Shown here piece by piece: positions 1-14,506 of a stretch of DNA of 64,000 nt. Each line of letters opens with the position of its first letter. Positions within the stretch are counted from its first letter, which is position 1. Source of the stretch: Mizuhopecten yessoensis (lineage: Eukaryota); the NCBI RefSeq assembly GCF_002113885.1, contig NW_018408535.1:46691-110690 (forward strand), written 5' to 3'. The notes beneath the pieces were generated by a model that was given only the letters and a program-made list of their open reading frames with translations, did no database searches and had not been told where the DNA came from. A program made the translations under genes and the position numbers.

Positions 1-1406
1 ACAGTTGTGCAGTAATAATGCATAGCTAGCGGACAGTTGTACAGTAATGATGCATAGCTAGCGGACAGTTGTACAGTAGTAATGCATAGCTAGTGGACAG
101 TTGTACAGTAATAATGCATAGCTTGTGGACAGTTGTACAGTAATAATGCATAGCTTGTGGACAGTTGTGCAGTAATAAAGCATAGCTAGCGGACAGTTGT
201 ACAGTAACGATGCATAGCTAGCGGACAGTTGTACAGTAGTCATGCATAGCTAGTGGACAGTTGTACAGTAATAATGCATAGCTAGTGGACAGTTGTGCAG
301 TAATAATGGATAGCTAGCGGACAGTTGTACAGTAATGCTGCATAGCTAGCAGAAATGCATAGCTAGTGGACAGTTCTACAGTAGTAATGCATACCTAGTA
401 GACAGTTGTACAGTAGTAATGCATAGCTAGTGTACAGTTGTGCAGTAATGAGGCAGCGCTAGTGGACAGTTGTGCAGTAGTGATGCATAGCTAGTGGACA
501 GCTGTGCAGTAATAATGCATAGCTAGCGGACAGTTGTACAGTAATGCTGCATAGCTAGCAGACAGTTGTACAGTAGTAATGCATACCTAGTGGACAGTTG
601 TACAGTAATAATGCATAGCTAGTGGACAGTTGTGCAGTAATAATGAATAGCTACTGGACAGTTGTACAGTAATGCTGCATAGCTAGCAGAAATGCATAGC
701 TAGTGGACAGCTGTGCAGGAACGATGCAAAGCTAGCGGACAGAAGTTGTGCAGTAATGATGCATAGATAGTGGACAGTTGTGCAGTAACGATGCATATCT
801 AGTGGACAGTTGTGCAGTAACTATGCATAGCTTGTGGACAGTTGTGCAGTAACGATGCATATCTAGTGGACAGTTGTGCAGTATTAATGCATACCTAGTG
901 GACAGTTATACAGTAATAATGCATAGCTACTGGACAGTTGTGCAGTAATAATGAATAGCTACTGGACAGTTGTGCAGTAATAATGAATAGCTACTGGACA
1001 GTTGTACAGTAATAATGCATAGATAGTGGACAGTTGTGCAGTAGTGATGCATAGCTAGGGGACAGCTGTGCAGTAACGATGCATAGCTTGTGGACAGTTG
1101 TGCAGTAACGATGCATAGCTTGTGGACAGTTGTGCAGTAAGAATGCATAGCTAGTGGACAGCTGTGCAGTAACGATGCATAGCTTGTGGACAGTTGTGCA
1201 GTAATAATGGATAGCTAGCGGACAGTTGTACAGTAATGCTGCATAGCTAGCAGAAATGCATAGCTAGTGGACAGTTGTACATTAATAATGCATAGCTAGT
1301 GGACAGCTGTGCAGGAACGATGCAAAGCTAGCGGACAGAAGTTGTGCAGTAATGATGCATAGCTAGTGGACAGCTGTGCAGTAACGATGCATAGCTAGCG
1401 GACAGA
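1..1406. repeat. 32-bp minisatellite (ACAGTTGTRCAGTAATAATGCATAGCTAGYGG), ~43 copies, truncated by window start
   Basis: Periodicity is directly visible (units start at 1, 33, 65...). ORFs 58-243 and 927-1148 are repeat read-throughs. Confidence 0.97.
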
Positions 1407-1774
1407 AATAATGTCGTTGTAACTTGTCAGGAGGTGCGGTTCGAGAAAAAATATTACTGATAAATTAACAATAAATCCGTAATCATATACACCAGGCAAT
1501 ATGTTATGATCGAAGGATGGCGTTGATTTGTATTCATGTCGAAAATCGATTTTCTGCTAAAGGTTATTAACAGAAATTAGTCAAAAAATATATGTACATG
1601 TGTGGACCCGTGAAAGTAGAGCTCAGCAGGGTGCTTACCCTATTTACGTCCTGGTTCCCTGAAGACGGATATGGTTCGTCAAACTGGTATGCTATTTAAC
1701 TTAAAAATTGATAAAGTAAGGACTTTAGTGTGAACTCTATGTAAAGCCAACCAATGTAGTAAATAGTAAATAGA

Positions 1775-2785
1775 AACGGGTACATATATTGTAGTATGCG
1801 AGGGTCAGTTACACTACATGCTAGTGCGAGCTCTGTTTATAAATAGATACGGGTACATATATTGTAGTATGCGAGGGTCAGTTACACTACATGCTAGTGT
1901 AAGGTCTGTTTATAAATAGACACGGGTAGTATGCGAGTGTTAGTTACACTACATGCTAGTGCGAGCTCTGTTTTTAAATAGATACGGGTAGTATCCGAGG
2001 GTCAGTTACACTACATGCTAGTGTAAGGTCTGTTTATAAATAGACACGGGTAGTATGCGAGGGTTAGTTACACTACATGCTAGTGCGAGCTCTGTTTATA
2101 AATAGATACGGGTAGTATCCGAGGGTCAGTTACACTACATGCTAGTGTGGGCTCTGTTTATAATAAGATACGGGTAGTATGAGAGGGTCAGTTACACTAC
2201 ATGCTTGTGTGAGCTCTGTTTATAATTAGATACGGGTAGTATGCGAGGGTCAGTTACACTACATGCTAGTGTGGGCTCTGTTTATAATTAGATACGGGTA
2301 GTACGCGAGGGTCAGTTACACTACATGCTAGTGTAAGTTTTTTTTATAAATAGATACGGGTAGTATGCGAGGGTCAGTTACCCTACATGCTAGTGTAAGG
2401 TCTGTTTATAAATAAATACAGGTAGTATGCGAGGGTCAGTTACCCTACATTCTAGTGTAAGGTCTGTTTATAAATAGATACGGGTAGTATGCGAGGGTTA
2501 GTTCACTACATGCTAGTGTGGGCTCTGTTTATAATTAGATACTGGTAGTATGCGAGGGTCAGTTACACTACATGCTAGTGTAAGGTCTGTTTATAAATAA
2601 ATACAGGTAGTATGCGAGGGTCAGTTACACTACATGCTAGTGTAAGGTCTGTTTATAAATAGATACGGGTAGTATGCGAGGGTCAGTTACACTACATGCT
2701 AGTGTAAGGTTTTTTTATAAATAGATACGGGTAGTATGCGAGGGTCAGTTACACTACATGCTAGTGCGAGCTCTGTTTATAAATA
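1775..2785. repeat. 62-bp minisatellite, ~16 copies
   Basis: Unit AAATAGATACGGGTAGTATGCGAGGGTCAGTTACACTACATGCTAGTGTAAGGTCTGTTTAT. Confidence 0.95.
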
Positions 2786-3316
2786 TACTTACACCCGGCC
2801 TCATGTCGATAAGGGGTAATTAACTACATGTTTTAGGGGTTAACTACAAAACTTAAAATAGCGGACGTCCGACGCTTTTTTTATGAACCTAACTTGTCGT
2901 ACACATGAGTAAGTAAATGGGGAATCTTTCGCCAATAAAATGTATAATAAAAAAAAATTAACACTACATGCTAAAAGAAAATTGGTGTAATATTGATGTA
3001 GGAACGTTTGCTCTCTCAGTATATATTGGTATAATCTAGTACAAACCACCATGCGGTGTGACGGTCTGGATGTGACATCATAACACATTAAACGGAACGT
3101 TCTAGTGACGTTGCGTAAGAAGAACTTGATATATGGTCTTATCCAGACTGCATTTTCTGTCTAAACATACTGAACGTTTGTATAATAGTTAATTGATTTA
3201 TGTGACATATCCGGTTTTTGGTTTATCTTTGATCCTCCTGTAATTTGGAAGGGGGCCCAATATCCGTGGAATGCTCGACCTCTCGGCCTTTTTTATGGTA
3301 GCTATACCGATACCAA

Positions 3317-3539
3317 GGGGCCGGGGTGGTTAAGTGGATAAGGCGTCTGACATTCTGCTACCACTAGCCCTCCACTACTGGGTTGCGGGTTCGAGACCTA
3401 TATGGGACAGTCGCCAGGTACTGACTGCATGTCGGTGTTTTTTTCTCCGGGAACTCCGGCCTTCCTCCACCGCCGAAACCCATGTCCTTTAATGACCATA
3501 GCTGTTAAAAGGACGTAAAACACAAACAAACCAAACCAA
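3317..3539 (+). mobile_element. tRNA-derived SINE with V-domain-like core
   Basis: A box TGGTTAAGTGG (3327-3337), B box GGTTCGAGACC (3388-3398), core TTTTCTCCGGGAACTCCGGCCTTCCTCCAC resembling the V-SINE domain, AAAC/AACC-repeat tail, and candidate TSD TACCGATAC (3305-3313 / 3542-3550). Confidence 0.85.
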
Positions 3540-5021
3540 GCTACCGATACATGTACCATATCATCCTTTAAGAGAAAAAAACAATAACATTAAAACGCAC
3601 GTTAACTCAGCTGATATCTATTACCACAACTCCGATCCTACCTTAATACAGTGCTGGTAATAGGGTCCCCGTTTAAATTCTTCATATCAATCATCCATCT
3701 TTTTCGGGAGTCAAGGCGTATTAATTCCAGCGATCTAGCGTCAATGAAATATATTTAGATGTAGATTTAGATTTAGTACAACACGCAGAGAGCCATGCCA
3801 TCATCTCGTCAACCTCTGGTAAGTTTAATGTAAGTCTCCCCTATCGGTATCAGCCGCAGATGAACAGTACAGTTTAACACTATGGACGTTATCTTCACGC
3901 CTAATGAGTAGGTGAATATTGAATATATAAATTGTGTTCATACGTCCGAAATGGAAATGATGTTTACAGACATCACATATCAAAGCTAATGCACGTGTAG
4001 ACGCTACAATGAAATCCGACTTTGCCTCAACTTAAACGAGTTCCACAGACAAAAGCCGCTATCCTTAATCACCGCATATCAGTTAATCTACAAAAATAAC
4101 CCATCTTTACATAAAAGTGTATATTTGTATGTATCCAAGAAAGCATAGGAAGAGAGTCCTTTAGAGATGAATATATTAGAATTCAAAACCATGCTGTTTA
4201 TAATTCATCAACATATATTTAACATATAAATAAATCATTATCTACACCTTATTATTATATTAATGTAAACTTGGACATTGCTTCTTGTCATTATTACATA
4301 AAAGTAACAAGTTTGACAAGTACCTCACTGGTCAATGTAGGAGTTTAACACTAACGTTTACTTTATAGTAGATTAACAGGAAGTGTTTTGATTTAGGATA
4401 AAATGTTGATTTAAGTAAATAAGTGATCACAAACCACCGCTTATATATGTTCATAGCTGCATAAATCACCGTTATAAAAAGTAACACCGAACACTTGTCA
4501 TTGCCACATCTTCCTACCAGTAATGGTTGTCAGACCTTGGTGTTGGCGGCTGTGTGACTCAGAATGCTGTATTCGATGATAAAAAGCTCATTTCTTAAGC
4601 TGGAAGGTCTTACATACATGTAACAATCAATGCGTTCTGACTATGTTGACATACTATTAGTTTATATTCTCGTCATCAATTCATATTTTACATCGATTTG
4701 ATTGGAGTTTATTGATTTGTTTTTTAGAAGCATACGCATATATATGCCCGGGACCACCAATGTCATAATTTTCGATTTGTCGAAAGTATACTCATGATTT
4801 CCATTAACACTTAATAATGTTTCTAAATTACTAAATGCCTTTATCACAGCTCAGAACTGATCACTTCGTCTACTTCTAATTGTTTATTTATATATCGCTT
4901 TATTGAGAGGCACGGTAAACTAGCAAAACAGGACAGAGTGGAGCATGAATTATAGAATTTAGATCAGCAGCTTAAATAATAAGCTTCCAAAATGATTCGG
5001 AATATCTCGACACCATTAGCT

Positions 5022-5378
5022 AGAAACAACATCATATTGTCAACATACCATGAGAGCAATGATACATAACATTATCAACAATAAACCAGAGAAAACAACA
5101 TCATATTGTCAACATACCATGATAGCAATGATGCATAACAATATCAACAATAAACCAGAGAAATCAACATCATATTGTCAACATACCATGATAGCAATGA
5201 TACATAACAATATCAACAATAAACCAGGGAAACAACATCATATTGTCAACATACCATGATAGCAATGATACATAACAATATCAACAATAAACCAGAGAAA
5301 TCAACATCATATTGTCAACATACCATGATAGCAATGATACATAAAAATATCAACAATAAACCAGAAAAATCAACATCA
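5022..5378. repeat. 69-bp tandem repeat, ~5 copies
   Basis: Unit AAACAACATCATATTGTCAACATACCATGATAGCAATGATACATAACAATATCAACAATAAACCAGAGA. Confidence 0.93.
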
Positions 5379-5748
5379 AAGAAAAGGACTCCGTGAAGTA
5401 AACACAAAATATAATTTCCCATGGAAGATTGTACAAGTACTGGTGTAAGATTGAGAAACATAAATAAACAACAACACGTAAACGAAACAATAATTCGGAC
5501 TCTAAATCTGTAAAACGGGGACATATGAAGAAACGAAAGATTTACATCACATCATCGACGACACCTGATATGTAAATCTAGGTTAAATCCAAGTAATGTC
5601 CGTCCTCACCTCGAGAACACGTGTAGCAATGAAAAGACGACCCCAAGGGACTCTAATGAACATAGTTTAAAACAGCATCCTGCATAACACACAGAAATAA
5701 CATGACTACCTATGCAATTATGATAGGGACCATAAGTCCCTAGTCTTT

Positions 5749-5866
5749 ATCAACCTACATCACCACAGGTTGTAAGTCGGTCCCTCTGATCAACCTACAT
5801 CACTATAGGTTGTAAGTCGGTCCCTCTGATCAACCTACATCACCACAGGTTGTAAGTCGGTCCCTC
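5749..5866. repeat. 40-bp tandem repeat, 3 copies
   Basis: ATCAACCTACATCACCACAGGTTGTAAGTCGGTCCCTCTG x3. Confidence 0.9.
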
Positions 5867-6587
5867 AGCAGGCGACATTTATCACGGAAGTCATGACAAA
5901 AGGAGCGAGCTCTTGACTATCTAATCAAACGTATGTTATTGCTGGAGTATATTAATGTAACGTCTTGTATCCCATTCTGAAAGAAAGCTCTACGTTAGGA
6001 TGTAGATGTATGTTATTTATTGAAAACCATTCTCTGCAAAAGCAACTTACCTTAGCTGCGTTGTCCTTATAAAGGTGAAGTCAACTGTAGAGTCAAAAAC
6101 TGAAATCTAACACTGCTAAACCGTGTATTGGTATTAAATAGAAAGTAGATGTACCGCGCAGTCGTAGACACGCATCATACCTAGACTACTACACCCGAAC
6201 CTCAACTACTCTTAAATTGCTGTACGATTATGACCCTTTGGTAGTGTACTGATCGTAAATATTTGTTATCTACAGTCGCAAACAAATTCGTTTTTTTTTT
6301 AAATCAAATTTAAGATTTGTTATGCACCAGTACATATGAACCTAATTAGTTAAATAAGATAAATAATTTTAATAAAAATATCCCCTCCCCCGATCTACCA
6401 GGCACACTTTTCTCGCACCTAAGACAGTGATATCCCACGTCATACCCCATGCTAAATTTTTCTATCTCGTCCGAACTGTCTTGCACCTTTACATGACATT
6501 TCGCGGAATTTTACGCGGAAGCATTCAAATGTAGCTTAATTAGTGAAGAGGTCATTATCATTTGAGGCCCCAGACGGGAAACTTAAA

Positions 6588-6967
6588 NNNNNNNNNNNNN
6601 NNNNNNNNNNNNNNNNNNNNNNNNNNNNNNNNNNNNNNNNNNNNNNNNNNNNNNNNNNNNNNNNNNNNNNNNNNNNNNNNNNNNNNNNNNNNNNNNNNNN
6701 NNNNNNNNNNNNNNNNNNNNNNNNNNNNNNNNNNNNNNNNNNNNNNNNNNNNNNNNNNNNNNNNNNNNNNNNNNNNNNNNNNNNNNNNNNNNNNNNNNNN
6801 NNNNNNNNNNNNNNNNNNNNNNNNNNNNNNNNNNNNNNNNNNNNNNNNNNNNNNNNNNNNNNNNNNNNNNNNNNNNNNNNNNNNNNNNNNNNNNNNNNNN
6901 NNNNNNNNNNNNNNNNNNNNNNNNNNNNNNNNNNNNNNNNNNNNNNNNNNNNNNNNNNNNNNNNNNN
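6588..6967. other. Assembly gap (380 N)
   Basis: Run of N. Confidence 1.
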
Positions 6968-7412
6968 CCCGAACTACCAGGCACACTTATCCCCCTCCCC
7001 CGATCTACCAGGCACACTTATCCCCCCTCTCCCGATCTTCCAGGTACATTAATCCCCTCCCCCGATCTACCTGGCACACCGGCTTATCCCCCTCTCCCGA
7101 CCTACCAGGCACACTTATCCCCCTCTCCCGATCTACCAGGCACACTTACCCACCTCTCCCGATCTGCCAGGCACACTTATCCCCACTCCCACGATCTACC
7201 AGGCACTCTTATCCCCCCTCCCCCGATCTACCAGGCACACTTATCCCCATCTCCCAATATACCAGCCCCCTCTCCCAATATACCAGGTACACCGGCTTAT
7301 CCCCCTCGCCCGATCTACCAGGCACACTTATCCCCCTCTCCCGATCTACCAGACACGCTTATCCCCCTCTCCCGATCTACCAGGCACACTTATCCCCCCC
7401 TGCCCCGATCTA
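6968..7412. repeat. ~31-bp C-rich minisatellite (TTATCCCCCTCCCCCGATCTACCAGGCACAC); one further unit at 6380-6408
   Basis: Visible periodicity abutting the gap. Confidence 0.92.
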
Positions 7413-10400
7413 CTATTGTCTGGTGATGTCACAGGCCATAGTAGCTACCTTGAATTCCTAAGTTTAACAGTCTGCATTTAAAGTCCATTGAAGTCCTCAT
7501 TACCAGAGACTCGTGACTTTCTGTACGAACAGGCTTATTCAAGGTTTGAAGAGGACGTCATGACAGTATTGTTCCCCAGTTCTCTAACAGTATGAAGGAG
7601 ATATCCGAAAGTTTCTGGTCCAAAAAAATCATTCATATGTAATAGTTCTTGTTGCCATTGTTTTGAAAAAGTACATTGAGAGGCAGGTCCATCTACGGAA
7701 TAACATGACAGACATTTAAATGATTCTTTATTGAATGATGTTGCCGTGCGTTTGAATCTATCGATATTCTTCGTTTAAAATCGAACAGAGGTACTGTTCA
7801 GGAATACGTGTACAAACAAATACTTTCATAGGACTAAATAACGTCATAATGCGTACAATGTATTTAAAAACGTAAAATGAATTGTGTAATCAGAGATAGT
7901 GAAGATAAAGAAATAGGGTTTACTTTGGCCTGTTTCACATCAAAGTGACCAAAAAATGTTCTAATTCGGATGTCTTATTTTGAAAAAATACACACCACTC
8001 CCTGTAATCTGAAATAAAAATATTAATTTTCACGACCAGTAAAGTAAATTTACAAGTCGTATAAATTTGTTTAAATAGTTGGATTTTTTCAAACCTTCAT
8101 CTTGTCACGATATATAGCCGTAAAGCGTCAAATTATAGTTAATTTATAGCGGCATGTAGACATACATTTTGCGAAAAGTCGTGTTCATAAAATCAAATAA
8201 CACGACCTGAGCCTGTGTTTATGAAATTATTTTGTCTGGTATACAGAAATCGAGCAACCGAATAGCCTGTTTGCTGTCAACACTTTACATTTTTATTGTA
8301 TCACATGATTTGAGCGATTTACAAGAATGCGGTTTTTTTCAATTCTAGAATAGCTTGTGGTTTCGTTCACATGCGTTTAAGCTGTGGTAGAATATCACGT
8401 AGTTATCTTTCTTTGTGTGGAATTTAAAGATTTGCATAACGGGTCTTAATTATTGAGACGCTCATACTATCAGTTGGATTGCGAATTTTAAAACACTGAT
8501 TGACACTGAAGACGACCACGCCTGATAATTGACAAAACGTTACAATGCTGAATTGATTTCCTTTGTAGTGGGTGGACTTTGTCAGAGGTCAATTGTTCAT
8601 AAACAAATTAGCAGCTTGAAATCCAAAATGAAGTTGTTTCTGCAGTCAAAACATCTACTAACTTAAGCCTTGTCTGCAAACATGTAGAGTATTATATGTC
8701 ATACTTGAATAGCGAAGTAAGCTTGCTTGAAACCTAAGGGAAGTATATCTCTCTCCCAACTATTCCATCTTATTCTCAGACTGTGCAAGTACAGTTTGAA
8801 TCAAGAGCTCATATGGGCGGGGTTAATCAAGGCTTATCCAAATGTCATACATGCCGTTGCTTCTGTTTAACACAACACACGTTAAGATGTTTTGGAAATG
8901 ATATATATATCTTTTGATCAGACCTATAATAATAATTATTATAGATGGTTTATCAATTCTTTTCAATTTGCTCGAGTTCAACTGGAGCTATCACCTCATA
9001 ATCTGTCCGAAATAGAAAACTATTCCTCATGTTTACAGCATATTTCTGTTAATGCTCCATAATTGTTTCATACATTAGTCTGATCAACGGAAACAATTTA
9101 CTACTTTTAAAACATGTAACGTGTGATCGTCTAAATAAATATAACAGCTTGAAGCAAGATAATGTCAATTAAATCAAATGATAATTAGATGGTAATATTA
9201 GATTTATAAATTAATTGATGATAACAATTAAAGTCTGATTATACATGATTTGTAATCTTTATCGACAGAAACCAGTTTAAGTATTCCAACTGAAGTTTTT
9301 ATTTATATTTCAGTTTTTTCCATGAACTATCTCATTATTGTTATCGTACATATCAACGTTACAAAATAATGTTTCCAAAGTAGACAAAAGGGAGGGAATA
9401 TATTATACTACGGTATGGAAAGTAATGACATCACTAAAGGGATCAACGGATTGTGTAAGGTATAAAAAGGATATTAATTGATAGACCCATGACAAATATG
9501 AAATTCTGAACCACATTAGCCATATTCAAATAACCCTATATATAATACAACACATACAGTTATGTTCGTTACGACAACAGCTCCCTTCACAATTGTTACA
9601 TTATATATTTTAATTATGTATTATTATTTTAAAATCGTTACATTAGCCAAAGTCGACCAAACACAATAACACTTTTTTTTTATTAATCTGTGTAGGAGTT
9701 ACATTACAAAGTGTTGAGGCAATGTTGAACATTTCAGCTAATTAAGAAACGCTGACAAAAACAAGACAGCGACGGACGTTTTGTTCAACACATATATCCC
9801 ATTACATGAACAATGCATCAAAAACAAATTGAAAATGTAGCTTAACTTTTTTAACTAACTATGTAGGAAGCATTTGAATGAATACTTGTGGGATTGATCA
9901 TGTGAAATATACCATTGTTTAGCGGGGTTACGTGTAAAACAATATGTAAATTACACCATTACGGCTAATTAACCAGGTCAAAATGATAATACCTTTATGT
10001 TAATACATAAAATGTTACAATGTTTAGAAAACTAATTAACAAAACGCATAGACATTATCACAAATGCATCCAAAACCAGTCATTGCGTCTCTCTATGGGG
10101 ATAATATTACCACTCCCTATTACCGACCTGAGGCAACCAACTTTTTCACATATCCTTTAACAGGACAGGTTATGTTTGCACAGTAAAAAATAAATAAAAA
10201 ATAAACATGTGTATATTTATATAATAATATCTCAGCATAAACACAAACATATGTTTATATTGCTTTTCTATAGCACACTTATCAAATATGAAGCTATCAA
10301 ACACTGTTTATATTACTTAACCGGGTTTCTTTGTTTTTCTATCAAATATCAAAAATACATATTTTATATCAATGTTACACAGTCTAAAATATCTATTCAT

Positions 10401-10555
10401 AGAAACGGAATAGATAAAACATATCCTGATACGCTTTTTGATTCGTCGACTGTGAATTGTAAAACTCCATTGTAGTCAACGATAGGGATATATTTGTGCA
10501 GCCTTATATAAACAACCGACGTAAACACTGATCTTAGGATTTTTTTATATCAAGG

Positions 10556-10785
10556 TACCGTAGAAGAGGATATTTTATTTTCGCGGGTCATTCACGTGAT
10601 CACGAAAATATGATCCCCACAATAATATGACAAGCGTAAAATGAACTGCGATAATACACCTCATCATAGCGAAAATGTGCCTGTTACAATCAATTTCATC
10701 AAAGACTAACCCAACAATTTGTTTTCACTAATGTTAAGTCAAAACTGCGAAATTCAAGCCTTCGTAAATAACCCGTTGTACGGTA
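10556..10785. mobile_element. Small MITE-like element with TACCGTA...TACGGTA termini
   Basis: Imperfect ~20-bp TIR (TACCGTAGAAGAGGATATTT vs reverse complement TACCGTACAACGGGTTATTT); non-coding interior. Confidence 0.55.
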
Positions 10786-11065
10786 TTACATTTCGGTGTT
10801 TGTGACGTTTTAAATACGATGTTAGAATTACTTGCTTGTTTAAGTAAGGCATCAATAAATATCAAGAAAGGTCAAGAAGCTGAAGGATTATTTTAAAGGC
10901 GACTTTTAATGTTAATGATCATATCGAAAGTAGTTATTCTGCGGTATGAAATGTTCGTGTGCAACATTAAACTGTATCAGCGGACTGGTAACGTTTGTAC
11001 CCTTTTGATCATTCCGGGTAAATAACTGCCCGGGTTTGTAAGGCTGTAGAAACTCTTTTTGTCAA

Positions 11066-12552
11066 TTATCGTTTTTCAATTGCACTTCGGAGGATCCCAT
11101 TTTTTGGTGGGTTCTTCCTCTTTGATTTCTTAAGAACTGGAGAGCCTGATCTACCTACGTCCGACTTGGGTCTATTAGCAGGCTCGTCCTTTTCATTACT
11201 GCCGTCGGCATTTTTATCACTTCTGGTGTAGTGAGGAAGAGTTCCGGTATTTTTATCACTTCTGGTGTAGTGAGGAAGAGTTCCGGTATTTTTATCGAAC
11301 GCGTATCGACTCTGGATAGGCTTTCTTGTTTTTGCAGCCTTTTTTGCCGGATGTCTGTTTTCCTTCCTATATTGGTCTGCTGGGGTTTTGTTTGATGTCA
11401 CTGATGCGTCAGTGTTGATAGTATCATTTTGACCGACGACTCGTGGGGTCACATCTTCGTTCGTGTTTTGTTCGACTAAATGATGATCGTCATCTGATAC
11501 AGTATTTTGTTTTTGTCGGTCAATATCTCGTGCTACGGATTTCCTTGGTTCCTCTTCAATAATGTCTTTCTGTATTGATAGTTCCGATTCTTTCGATTGT
11601 TCTGTGCGATTTGTCTTTACATCTTCGTTGTTATCCTCAGACGAGACATCATTATGAGCAGGAGTTGATTTTGAAATTGATTCTTTTATAGTTTTCCTAG
11701 ACTGAGAGCCTTGTTGCTTTTCCACATATTTAGTTATTGGTGTGGTTTCATTTCCATGGAAAAACGGCCGTGCTTCTACAGACTCAGACCCTTGTTGCTT
11801 TTCCACATATTTAGTTTTTGGTGTGATTTCAGTTCCATAGAAAGGCCGTGCTTCTACAGAAGTATGATTTTGTCCATATGCTGCTCTCTCCTGTCTTATC
11901 GGTTCGTCTTTGCATTTATCGCAAATGTTGATGTCTCCTATTAAACAATCACATCCTTTCTCTGTTTTGTTCTTTGGAAACTCATGTTGACATTTACAAC
12001 AGAACAGAGAGTACGGGCATGGTCCATGTAATCCGAGGTCAGTTCCGAATCTGCCTTCAGGCGTAATCTGTCCGCAGTATAGAGGAGAGGTCCGATGTCT
12101 ATATTGGTTGGTGATACCCAGTAATGGTGTCATACAAGTTGATCTGGTCACTGTTTCTGGACGATGAACTGTAGAAGGGTGAACTTTGCCACTGTGAAAA
12201 GACACCGTGGGTGTAGATCTATCAACGAATGGGCCTTTCGACTGCACTTTAGCGCATTCACCACACATAGACATAACCGGTGTCGGACTTGCTGTACCTG
12301 CTTGTGACATGTGCTTATGTTTTTCCACTGCTTTGGTCTGAGCCTCGTTATCAAGTACAATGTGCTTGACTCTATCCTCATTCATTACTATCTTATTGTT
12401 ACGACTTTTCTCACATAAAAGCATTACCAGGAGCAATATCGCTGCTATAAGTGCTAACACCGCCGCGAGAGCAGCAAAGGCAAAGGCAAAATGAAGACAG
12501 CCATTCTCAGCGTTGATTCCGAACAAGATGACACCGGCAAGTATCAGGATAA
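11066..12552 (-). CDS. Gene A exon 3: claudin/PMP22-like tetraspan protein (end of TM3, TM4, long Cys/His-containing cytoplasmic tail)
   Basis: Acceptor ttccAG at 12554-12553, phase 1. In frame with the 486-aa ORF; stop at 11066. Hydrophobic HFAFAFAALAAVLALIAAILLLVMLLC. Confidence 0.9.
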
Positions 12553-12789
12553 CTGGAATTTAATCAATTAAACACAGTTGTCATCTATATATTATTTTCA
12601 AGCCATACTCGCATGAAAAAAAAACTGCCTATGACACATAAAAGAAGAAGAATTCAAAAGGGATGGTTTTACATATTTTGTATGAACCATTCGTTTCTCT
12701 GATGTAAATAAGCTATATAAATATTACAATTCGAACAAATTTGGTACAGTAAAGAGCATTATATTAAGAACATATATCTGCCTTTCTAA

Positions 12790-13011
12790 AAACCAGGTAT
12801 CAGTTTTAATTTATGAAAACGGCAATTATTAACAACATCACAAAGTATTTACTTACCGCATATGCACAGTTATGCGATCAAAATTATGCGAAAAACCAGG
12901 AAACCAGGTATCGGTTTTAATTTTTGAAAACGGCAATTATTAACAACATCACAAAGTATTTACTTACCGCATATGCACAGTAATGCGATCAAAATTATGC
13001 GAAAAACCAGG
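12790..13011. repeat. 111-bp tandem duplication spanning gene A exon-2 3' end and donor
   Basis: 12790-12900 matches 12901-13011, bounded by AAACCAGG microhomology; second GTAAGT donor after 12857. Confidence 0.9.
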
Positions 13012-13111
13012 TTTCGTGAAAAGCATGACAGATGAACAGTCAGAAATATTGCCACAAGGAACAGCAGAAGCATCGATGTAGTCTCCAATACCTTGACGAC
13101 GTTTATCCAAA
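12968..13111 (-). CDS. Gene A exon 2 (TM2 and start of TM3), 144 nt
   Basis: ttacAG acceptor, G|GTAAGT donor. VWINVVKVLETTSMLLLFLVAIF... aligns with exon 2 of genes B and C (same 144-nt length). Confidence 0.9.
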
Positions 13112-14506
13112 CTGTAAGTATAATAATAAAACAATTACTGCCAGTACAATACAACATCTGTAATTTGGTAATCATGAACCATAAAAACAGAGTGATTCTG
13201 GGATGTCGAGTTAGCTAATTTTCAAATTTATAGGAACATGAGTTTTACCGCCTTACTTATGAAATTAAAAAATTAACAAATGAGGAAAGATAAATTTGAT
13301 AATCAACCATCACTGATAAAGGAGACTTTTTCTCCCAAAATGTCTATATTATATCTAGCAAAACCTATTTACCTCTTGGGAATATACTGCTCCCGGCTCC
13401 GATCGGTGGAACAAATACCATGACTTTGACACCACAATAGAATAGTACGTGGCAAAACAGTTTTACTTGAAATCATTAGTAGACAATTGACCAATGGAAC
13501 AACGTCCAGTGTGCTACCCATTTATTGGTAACAAAAAAGGTTTACCAACTCCTAGCAGGTTTATCCAATGAGTTGGGAGTAAGAATATTCTGTTAGTTGA
13601 GGGGGGAAATAACACAAGTTGATATGGGAACAAGAGATAAAAGGGTACCTTGATGAGCCACGAAATAAATAATATCAATATTATTATTATTAGAGCCTGT
13701 TCAAAACTACGATATAAGTTGTCCTTCAACACCGGAAGTCGAACACATGCCCACCAGCCGACCGAGCGTCAAACACTGCAATATTCGATTGGTGCTAGAA
13801 AGTCTGATTTACAGAGTGGTCTTGATAACCAAAGTCTTAATTTACAAAACAATGCACTAAAACGTTCTGAAAGTTATTTCATTTGATATGTCATGTCATT
13901 TTGTAGTTCTGGTATATTTTAGTAAATTTGTAGTAAATATATACAGTCAGGACATTCCTACCTACAGGTATGTAGTTGTATTTTTATGTAAACAAATTGA
14001 CTCACATACTTAAGTGTCGTCTTTACAATGAAAGATATTGTTTAAATGAAGAATTAAAATGTTCGATGAAATTAAGAAACGAAATATTTCTAAAAGTCGC
14101 CAAACAAGGACACGATAAAGCAGCATCAACACACAAGAACAAAATATACTATAGCCCCAACATACATTGACAAACTGGAACCCAGCGTGAACAACAGGGA
14201 TACACATACATTATTAGCGTCAAACTTAGGGACAAAAGTTACCACAACATCATCACAATATGACAAATTATATCACAGTGGCATCAAACCGGGAGATTTA
14301 ATACCATACCGTCCACAAAAGGGAAAATACATATTCAACATTAAACACAAATCCTACCACGTTAATACATTTTGATGAAATATACCACATATTCAACATA
14401 AAGCACAATCCTACCACGTCAATACATTTTGATAAAATATAGCACAACGCATCACACGGGTTTAACTATACCACAGAGTCAACATACAAAACAAAGTATA
14501 CAACGT

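Noticed and set aside
3317-3400. Possible tRNA gene
   Set aside because: A and B boxes are present but there is no proper cloverleaf; it continues into a SINE core and tail
6051-6085. Isolated minus-strand AG...AG|GTAAGT mini-exon
   Set aside because: No partner exons or coding signal could be identified
6543-7461. Long ORFs across 6.5-7.5 kb
   Set aside because: Artefacts of the N gap and the C-rich minisatellite
8505-8545. Hammerhead-like CTGAAGACGACC...AAAACGTT (also near 1659 and 44169)
   Set aside because: GAAA box or stem II is disrupted; at most dead PLE remnants
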